Of a DNA stretch of 32,000 bases, positions 21,696-28,188 are shown in pieces. The stretch comes from Candidatus Pelagibacter sp. HTCC7211 (GTDB taxonomy: Bacteria > Pseudomonadota > Alphaproteobacteria > Pelagibacterales > Pelagibacteraceae). Location: the NCBI RefSeq assembly GCF_000155895.1, contig NZ_DS995298.1, positions 450,001 to 482,000 on the forward strand, written 5' to 3'. The position numbers were made by a program, and so were the translations under genes. Under the pieces are notes generated by a model. The model worked only from the letters and a program-made list of their open reading frames with translations, searched no databases and was not told where the DNA came from. Position 1 is the stretch's first letter, and the number at the start of each line of letters is the position of its first letter.

Positions 21696-22643
21696 TTATT
21701 TTTGACTCAAGATCTTTTTAGCACGATCTGTTTTTTTTATCCAAGATTTAGGAATTGAATTAATACCTTTTAAAGCTGCAAAATATGCTCCAATGAAATT
21801 AACTCTAGAACAGTTACAACCACCAGCCTTAATTGTTTTCAAAATTGCACCCTTATAATTTGTTGAATTAATAATTGAGTGTATTGAGCCATTAAAAGTC
21901 CCAGGATAGCTGCACGCCATTCCTAATTTTTTAACCACTATTGTGTGAGGTTTTGATTTTAGTCTTTTTACTTTTTTAATGTCATCAACAACACTTTTAA
22001 AATATGAATTTTTTTTAAACTTTTTTAAAAATTCATTTATCGGATCTTTCACACCTTTTAGAGCCAAATCTATTAAATGAAACTTAGCCAAAGCATACTT
22101 AAGGCTTATTTTTGAAACAGTAACTGTGGAGATAATTTTTTTTAAGCTATTAAAATCATAACCATATAAAAAATAGGGTAGAGCAGCGCAATAGCCATCA
22201 GACTCGTTTACTTTAGTGCCACCGGTTAATTTCTTTTTAGTTTTAATATTTCTTACTGTTTCAATGATGTTCTGATGTATCCAAGGTCCTTTAATTATAC
22301 CTCGCCAATCTTTAACCTTTCTATATTTGGCTCTTAAATTAAGGTTTTTCCAATACACACTTCCTGGTCCAAAGTTTTTTGTAATATTCTTTTTAAATCT
22401 TTCTTCTATATTTTCATGTCCTTCAATCAATGTTTCAAACATGACTTGGCCAACTTCATTATAGCCTGAAACTTTTCCAGTTTTGATATTGTAAAAAGGA
22501 CTTTTGTTTTTTTTTAAAAAAGTAAAATCTTTCTTTCCTTTAATATAGGTAAGCAGTTTCTTTTGATTATAAACCCAATGCAAAGGTCTAGCCGCCGCAT
22601 CAGCAACAGTTGCTCCTAAAAAAACATGTAGATTATTTTTCAT
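21696..22643 (-). CDS. Hypothetical protein, distantly ADP-ribosylglycohydrolase (ARH/crystallin J1) fold-like
   Basis: The N-terminus FLGATVADAAARPL resembles the ARH G-x-x-x-GDALG-x-P motif. The C-terminus AGGCNCSRVNFIGAYFAALKGINSIPKSW resembles GGDxDT-x-aaiaGal-GA-x-G-x-x-x-IP-x-x-W, but with the acidic residues replaced. This is a by-eye assignment only. Confidence 0.4.
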   Translation of the reverse strand: MKNNLHVFLGATVADAAARPLHWVYNQKKLLTYIKGKKDFTFLKKNKSPFYNIKTGKVSGYNEVGQVMFETLIEGHENIEERFKKNITKNFGPGSVYWKNLNLRAKYRKVKDWRGIIKGPWIHQNIIETVRNIKTKKKLTGGTKVNESDGYCAALPYFLYGYDFNSLKKIISTVTVSKISLKYALAKFHLIDLALKGVKDPINEFLKKFKKNSYFKSVVDDIKKVKRLKSKPHTIVVKKLGMACSYPGTFNGSIHSIINSTNYKGAILKTIKAGGCNCSRVNFIGAYFAALKGINSIPKSWIKKTDRAKKILSQK

Positions 22644-22648
22644 TAAAT

Positions 22649-23320
22649 TTAAAAACTCTCAACCGATGTTCTTAATTCAATTTCCCATGCCCAAACACTT
22701 TTTTTTTGTTTATGAAACTGAAGATATACTTTTGCAATTTCATCTGGATGCATAGTTTGATACTGACCAAAGGGCTCATCGTTTATAGCTCCATCTATGA
22801 TAAAATGTCCTATATGAATATTTTGTGGATGAAGTTCTCTAGCTAATGATTGAGCAAGACCTCTTAAACCAAATTTTCCCATTGCAAATACAGACGAATT
22901 TGGGAAGCCTTTAACACCAGCAGATGCTCCAGTAAAAAAAATACTTCCACTTTTTCTTTTTAACATTCTATTTGACGCTTCTTGAGCTACCAAAAATGCA
23001 CCAAAGCATGTAACATTAATTGCCTGTTGTGTTTGTATAGGATCAAGATCTGTAATTGAGCCCTTTATTCTCATAGAAGGGTTATAAATTACTAAATTTG
23101 GTACTCCAATTTTGTCAACGTCTTTAAATAACTTTTGAACACTTTTAATTTCACTTGAGTCACACGATATTGTAGTGGCATTTATTTCTTTTTTTATCGA
23201 ATTTAATTTATCAATATTTCTTGAAGCTAAAATAACTTTCATATTATTTGAAGCACAAAGTCTTGCGATAGAAGCACTCAAGCCTGGCCCTGCTCCAACA
23301 ATTAAAGCTAACTCACTCAT
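22649..23320 (-). CDS. SDR-family oxidoreductase (atypical active-site region)
   Basis: N-terminal LIVGAGPGLSASIA Rossmann motif, and a central FFTGASAG...FAMGKFGLRGLAQSLAREL segment typical of SDRs, with Phe where the catalytic Tyr is expected. Confidence 0.75.
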   Translation of the reverse strand: MSELALIVGAGPGLSASIARLCASNNMKVILASRNIDKLNSIKKEINATTISCDSSEIKSVQKLFKDVDKIGVPNLVIYNPSMRIKGSITDLDPIQTQQAINVTCFGAFLVAQEASNRMLKRKSGSIFFTGASAGVKGFPNSSVFAMGKFGLRGLAQSLARELHPQNIHIGHFIIDGAINDEPFGQYQTMHPDEIAKVYLQFHKQKKSVWAWEIELRTSVESF

Positions 23321-23323
23321 TCA

Positions 23324-24268
23324 TTATGATGACAGATGTTTTTCAGCTTCAAGCGCAGCCATACAGCCCATTCCAGCAGCAGTTACAGCTTGTCTGAAAG
23401 TCTTGTCTTTTACATCTCCTGCAGCATAAACCCCAGGTATATTAGTTTCTGTTGAGTCTGGTTTAGTTATTAAATAACCTTCTTTATCCATATCTAATTG
23501 CTCTTTAAATAATGCAGTTGCAGGATCGTGACCAATTGCAATAAACAATCCATCAATTTTCATTTCTTCTACATTGTTAGTTTTTAAATTTTTAACTTTA
23601 ATTCCTGTAACATTTTTAGGTTCTCCGTCACCCATAACCTCATCAACAGCACTATCCCAAATAATTTCTATTTTTTTATTTTCCATTAATTTCTTTTGAA
23701 GCATCTTTTCAGCTCTTAACTCATTTCTTCTATGAATTAGCTTAACTTTTGATGCAAACTTTGTAAGAAACATTGCTTCTTCAACAGCTGCGTTACCACC
23801 ACCAACAACTGCAACTTCTTTATCTTTAAAGAAGAAACCATCACAAGTAGCACATGCAGACACTCCAAAGCCTCTAAATTTTTGTTCTGACTCTAAATTT
23901 AACCATCTCGCTTGTGCACCAGTTGAAATAATTATGCTATCCGCAGTATATTTTTGGCCACTGTCTCCTAAAGCTTCAAATGGCACAGATTTTAAATTTA
24001 CTGAAGAAATATGATCTTCGATCATTTCAGTTCCAACAGCTTTAGCCTGATCTTTCATTTGATCCATCAACCAAGGTCCTTGAATTACATCAGCAAAACC
24101 AGGATAATTTTCTACATCTGTTGTTGTACTTAATTGTCCACCAGGAGCAGAACCGTAGACCAAAATTGGATTTAACATTGCTCGTGCTGCATAAACAGCT
24201 GCGGTGTATCCGGCAGGACCGGATCCAATTATTAACACTTTTGTGTGTTTAGTTGGATTATCACTCAT
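23324..24268 (-). CDS. trxB: Thioredoxin-disulfide reductase
   Basis: FAD motif IIGSGPAGYTAA, redox-active CATCDG, NADPH motif VVGGGNAAVEEA, 314 aa. Confidence 0.95.
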   Translation of the reverse strand: MSDNPTKHTKVLIIGSGPAGYTAAVYAARAMLNPILVYGSAPGGQLSTTTDVENYPGFADVIQGPWLMDQMKDQAKAVGTEMIEDHISSVNLKSVPFEALGDSGQKYTADSIIISTGAQARWLNLESEQKFRGFGVSACATCDGFFFKDKEVAVVGGGNAAVEEAMFLTKFASKVKLIHRRNELRAEKMLQKKLMENKKIEIIWDSAVDEVMGDGEPKNVTGIKVKNLKTNNVEEMKIDGLFIAIGHDPATALFKEQLDMDKEGYLITKPDSTETNIPGVYAAGDVKDKTFRQAVTAAGMGCMAALEAEKHLSS

Positions 24269-24289
24269 AGAGAAGTTATATAAGTATAA

Positions 24290-25234
24290 ATGACAAAATT
24301 AAAAGGCATATTATTAACTCAGGGAATGCATGGCATGATTAGCCAAGTAGAAGGATTGGCAAAAGCTTTAGATATAGATTTTACACACCATACAGTTGAA
24401 CTAAATAATTTTTGGAAAATGGTTCCTCCAAAAATAACACCAATCTCACAAAGTGTTTATAAAAAAATTGATCATGAAAATTTTGATGTCATTATATCTT
24501 GTGGTCGTAAAAGTGTTATTCCATCAATTCATTTAAAAAATAATTCAAATAAGAAAGTATTTAATATTCATATTCAAGATCCAAAAGTAGACTTAAAGCA
24601 TTTTGATTTTATTGTTGCTCCAGAACATGATTCAATTAAAGGTCAAAATGTAATTAGCACTAAAGGAGCTATTCATTATCTTACTGAAAATGAAATTAAT
24701 GAAAATAAGGATTATTTAAATTCTTTTATCAAAAAAGATGAGAGAATAATTTGGACTTTAATTATGGGTGGGCCAACCAAATATTATGATTATTCGACAA
24801 AAAATATTAAAGAAATTTTTACAACTCTTAGCAAGTTATCAAAAAAACATAATTTTCAATTAGTAATAATACCATCAATGAGAACACCAACTAGTATTAT
24901 TCAATATGCAAATGACTATTTTGGAGGTGATCATACAGTGATAATGGATGTTGATAAGAAGGCCTATCTATCAGCTTTAGCAATAGCTCAAAATATCATT
25001 GTTACATGTGATTCTAGCTCAATGATCTCAGAAACAGCTTTAACTGGAAAACCAATTTATATAGCTAGCATTTTACCAAAAAAAAATGACAAAAGATTTC
25101 AAAGATTTAGAAATTTATTTAGAGAATTAAATATTACTAGAAATTTAGGTGAAGAAGTAGAAAATTGGAACTATCAAAAGTTAGATGAAACAAATAGGGT
25201 AGCTAAAATTATAAAACAAAAAATAAATTTTTAA
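24290..25234 (+). CDS. ELM1 / DUF1022 (Mito_fiss_Elm1, GT-B-like) family protein
   Basis: Family-typical blocks: ILLTQGMHGMISQVEGLAKAL, LIMGGPTKYY, PSMRTP and VTCDSSSMISETALTGKPIYI. Confidence 0.8.
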   Translation: MTKLKGILLTQGMHGMISQVEGLAKALDIDFTHHTVELNNFWKMVPPKITPISQSVYKKIDHENFDVIISCGRKSVIPSIHLKNNSNKKVFNIHIQDPKVDLKHFDFIVAPEHDSIKGQNVISTKGAIHYLTENEINENKDYLNSFIKKDERIIWTLIMGGPTKYYDYSTKNIKEIFTTLSKLSKKHNFQLVIIPSMRTPTSIIQYANDYFGGDHTVIMDVDKKAYLSALAIAQNIIVTCDSSSMISETALTGKPIYIASILPKKNDKRFQRFRNLFRELNITRNLGEEVENWNYQKLDETNRVAKIIKQKINF

Positions 25235-25896
25235 TGTCATTTTTAAATTCAATTCAAAATCAATCAAAAAAAAACGAATTCCCGTTTAATCATTGGGAAT
25301 ATCATAATGCGCTTTCAGATGAAGCAATTGAAGAAATTGTTAAAGCAGATATTCCAGATGTTAGTAAACATAATTTAGATTATGATGGAACTCGAGCAAT
25401 TGATGGTGGTGCAGCTGAATTTAGAGAGGGAATAGCCTCAGGTGGTGAAGCAATAAAATTTAGATGTTTTGTTACAAAAGAAAATGAAAAACAATTTCCA
25501 AACTTGGTAAAATTTATTAATGAGCTACAATCTAAAGAAGTTCACGAAACCATTTCTAAAATGATTGATAAAGATTTATCAAACTCATATGTTAGACTTG
25601 AGGTTATCTGTGATCGTGAAGGATTTTGGTTAAAACCCCATTGTGATATTAAGGAAAAACTAATGTCTGGCTTAATATTTGTTAATAATGCCAACGAGTC
25701 TGAGGACTTAGGTACAGATTTTTATAATGACAAGTTAGAAAAAGTTAAAACAGTTCCTTACAAAAATAATTATGGATACATGTTTACTAGTGGTCCAAAT
25801 ACCTGGCATGGAATGGAAAAAAAGAAAATTCTAAAAGAGAGACGATGTTTGCAAGTCAATTATGTGACTTTTGAAACAGACTGGAAAGTTGATTAA
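25234..25896 (+). CDS. Hypothetical protein, 2OG-Fe(II) oxygenase (double-stranded beta-helix) -like
   Basis: N-terminal FPFNHWEYHNALS resembles the hPFPHxVIDNFL start of many P4H-like oxygenases. It has the candidate facial triad H-x-D (KPHCD) plus a distal His (NTWHGM), and a downstream Arg (RRCLQVNY) as a candidate 2OG ligand. Its ATG shares one nt with the ELM1-like stop (TAATG). Confidence 0.5.
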   Translation: MSFLNSIQNQSKKNEFPFNHWEYHNALSDEAIEEIVKADIPDVSKHNLDYDGTRAIDGGAAEFREGIASGGEAIKFRCFVTKENEKQFPNLVKFINELQSKEVHETISKMIDKDLSNSYVRLEVICDREGFWLKPHCDIKEKLMSGLIFVNNANESEDLGTDFYNDKLEKVKTVPYKNNYGYMFTSGPNTWHGMEKKKILKERRCLQVNYVTFETDWKVD

Positions 25897-25898
25897 TT

Positions 25899-26624
25899 TT
25901 ATTTTTCCCAATCAAATCTTGAAAAAGAATTAAAAACTTTGAAAATTCCCTCTGACCATTGATTGCAAACCTTTGCATAATTCTCGTCTGTAACATTTAA
26001 ACACTCAAGCGTAGATAGATTATCAGCATCTTTTTTAAGAACTGCAAAATCAATTGGAGGTCCAACAGTAAGATCACTTTTTAATGTAGAGTCCATTGAA
26101 ATTAGTGCACAGCGTGCTGCATCACCAATAGTAACAGTTGGCTTTATAACTCTATCAAGAATTGGTTTTCCATATTTTACTTCCCCGATTACGAGGTATG
26201 GTTTACTATCTGCTGGTCTTATATAATTACCCTGAGGATAAACTAAATATAACTCATGTTGCTGACCTTTGATTTGTCCACCAACAATAAAAGTAGAACC
26301 TAACAAAACGTTGTCTGTATTTATACCTTGAGGTGCTGAATGTTCAATATTTAGTGAACCAATATAAGACGCTATTTGTTCGAAATCACTACAGGTATTT
26401 AAATTCATTATACCCGTTGAACTTTTAAGATCTTTTTCAACAGATTTAAAAACTGCTTGAGATGTTCCTAAATTTCCTGATGTCACAATTACAATTGTTC
26501 TATCACCCACATCGTGAGTCATCATTTTTGAATAAATATTTACATTATCTAAACCAGCGTTTGTTCTTGAGTCTGAAGCAAAAACAAGTCCTTCATTCGT
26601 TTTAATACCTATACAATATGTCAT
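25899..26624 (-). CDS. Anbu (ancestral beta-subunit) proteasome-homologue, peptidase T1 family
   Basis: It starts MTYCIGIKTNEGLVFASDSRTNAG, so Thr comes directly after the initiator Met with no propeptide. Asp18 and Lys33 (precursor numbering) are spaced as in the proteasome Thr1/Asp17/Lys33 site. Length is 241 aa. It lies next to a COG2308-type ATP-grasp gene, as in Anbu loci. Confidence 0.85.
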   Translation of the reverse strand: MTYCIGIKTNEGLVFASDSRTNAGLDNVNIYSKMMTHDVGDRTIVIVTSGNLGTSQAVFKSVEKDLKSSTGIMNLNTCSDFEQIASYIGSLNIEHSAPQGINTDNVLLGSTFIVGGQIKGQQHELYLVYPQGNYIRPADSKPYLVIGEVKYGKPILDRVIKPTVTIGDAARCALISMDSTLKSDLTVGPPIDFAVLKKDADNLSTLECLNVTDENYAKVCNQWSEGIFKVFNSFSRFDWEK

Positions 26625-26737
26625 CTCAATTATTAAAATAGATAATTTTAAAGTAAATTAACAATCTATTAAAAGCATAACTGATATCTGCATTATGCAT
26701 TTGCATATTATAGTCAAGTAATGAACATTATTATAAT
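26625..26737. promoter_or_regulatory. Divergent intergenic region between the Anbu and ATP-grasp genes, with an inverted repeat TATGCA-TT-TGCATA inside a TGCAT triple repeat
   Basis: At 113 nt it is the longest non-coding stretch in the window. TGCAT occurs three times in 18 nt (26689-26706), and 26694-26707 forms 6-bp inverted arms with a 2-nt spacer. TATAAT lies at 26732-26737. Promoter or operator function is not demonstrated. Confidence 0.3.
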
Positions 26738-28183
26738 ATGGTTTCAAAACTCTGGAATAATTACAACTCAAAACAAGCTTATGATGGATATTTTACTAAA
26801 GATAATAAACTTCGAAAACACGCTACAATAATTTCATCGATCTTAGAAAGATATGGTAAAAAAAAACTTCAAGAAATTGAAAAAAATTGCCAGAGTACAA
26901 TAAGTGCCAGAGGTATAAACTTCAGAGTTTATGCTGCAAATAATAGGGCTGAAGAAAAAAAATGGCCCCTTGATATTATCCCACGAATAATCCCAAAAAC
27001 ACAATGGAACAAGGTCTCAAAAGGTCTAAAGCAGCGTGTAAAAGCTTTAAATTTGTTTATTGATGATGTTTATAATCAAAAAAAGATATTCAAAGATAAG
27101 GTAGTTCCAAAAGAAATTATTTTTAATTCCCCCTATTATGTAAAAGAATGTGAAGGGTTTTCACCAAAGTATAAAGCTTGGTCAAATATTTCAGGTGTGG
27201 ACTTAATAAGAAATGCAAATGGTGATTATTTGGTTTTGGAAGATAACTTAAGAGTTCCTTCAGGTGTATCTTATATGCTTGAAAATAGAATGGTAATGAG
27301 AGATGTGTTTCCTGAATTATTTACGAGGTATAAAGTTGCATCCATCCATCAATATACAAATAAATTGTTTAATTGTATGGTTGAGTGTATTCCAAAAAAA
27401 ACTGCAAACCCACATATGGTGGTTCTAACTCCGGGTATATATAACTCAGCATATTTTGAGCATTCTTTCTTGGCTGATCAGATGGGCATTGCTTTAGTTG
27501 AAGGAAAAGACTTATTCGTTGAAAACGATATTGTATACATGAAGACTGTAAAAGGTCCTTTAAAAGTTGACTGCATATACAGACGTCTTGATGATAATTT
27601 TTTAGATCCCAAGGTATTTAATAAAGAGTCAGTTATAGGTGTTCCAGGATTATTTAAAAGTTGGCGTAAAGGAAATGTCGGCATCATAAATGCTATAGGC
27701 ACAGGGATCGCTGATGACAAAGTAGTTTACTCTTATGTTAATAAAATGATTGTTTATTATCTTGGTGAACAACCTATCTTGAATCAGGTAGAAACCTACT
27801 TGTGTCACAATAAAAATGAAAGAAACTATGTTATTGAAAATATATCAAAATTAGTTGTGAAACCTGCTAATGCCTCTGGTGGTTATGGAATAATGATAGG
27901 TCCCAAAGCAGATAAAAAAGAAAGAGATGATGTAATAGCAAAAATTAAAAGAAACCCAAGAGAGTATATTGCGCAACCACTTGAAACTCTTTCAACAGCA
28001 CCAACAATTACTGAAAATGATATTGAGCCTCGGCATCTCGATTTAAGACCATTTGTGCTAAGTGGAAAAACTACTTACGTAAGTACAGGTGGATTGACAA
28101 GAGTTGCTCTAAGAAAAGGCAGTACTATTGTTAATAGTTCTCAAGGTGGCGGATCTAAAGATACACTAATCGTTGATGTCTAA
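26738..28183 (+). CDS. Circularly permuted type-2 ATP-grasp protein (COG2308, DUF404/DUF407)
   Basis: 481 aa. The N-terminal region (GINFRVY...KKWPLDIIPRIIP...W..V..GLKQRVKALNLFIDDVY) and the later blocks (LEDNLRVPSGVSYMLENR, KPANASGGYG, DLRPF) match my memory of this family. An in-frame stop lies 27 nt upstream of the ATG. Confidence 0.8.
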   Translation: MVSKLWNNYNSKQAYDGYFTKDNKLRKHATIISSILERYGKKKLQEIEKNCQSTISARGINFRVYAANNRAEEKKWPLDIIPRIIPKTQWNKVSKGLKQRVKALNLFIDDVYNQKKIFKDKVVPKEIIFNSPYYVKECEGFSPKYKAWSNISGVDLIRNANGDYLVLEDNLRVPSGVSYMLENRMVMRDVFPELFTRYKVASIHQYTNKLFNCMVECIPKKTANPHMVVLTPGIYNSAYFEHSFLADQMGIALVEGKDLFVENDIVYMKTVKGPLKVDCIYRRLDDNFLDPKVFNKESVIGVPGLFKSWRKGNVGIINAIGTGIADDKVVYSYVNKMIVYYLGEQPILNQVETYLCHNKNERNYVIENISKLVVKPANASGGYGIMIGPKADKKERDDVIAKIKRNPREYIAQPLETLSTAPTITENDIEPRHLDLRPFVLSGKTTYVSTGGLTRVALRKGSTIVNSSQGGGSKDTLIVDV

Positions 28184-28188
28184 ATTTT

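Noticed and set aside
20007-23320. Cluster of reductases plus the ARH-like gene, considered as a horizontally acquired accessory island
   Set aside because: Its base composition and codon style look the same as the flanks. There is no integrase, tRNA, direct repeat or IS remnant, and the genes are packed with the same 3-19 nt spacing as the core genes.
20863-23429. Plus-strand ORFs 20863-21054, 20955-21209 and 23175-23429
   Set aside because: They are antisense to the epimerase-family reductase and to the SDR/trxB junction. Low-complexity translations suggest chance ORFs.
25899-28183. Possibility that the Anbu and ATP-grasp genes are decaying remnants of a larger four-gene operon
   Set aside because: Both ORFs are full length for their families (241 and 481 aa), have no frameshifts or internal stops, and retain the catalytic Thr/Asp/Lys pattern. 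They look functional rather than pseudogenised.
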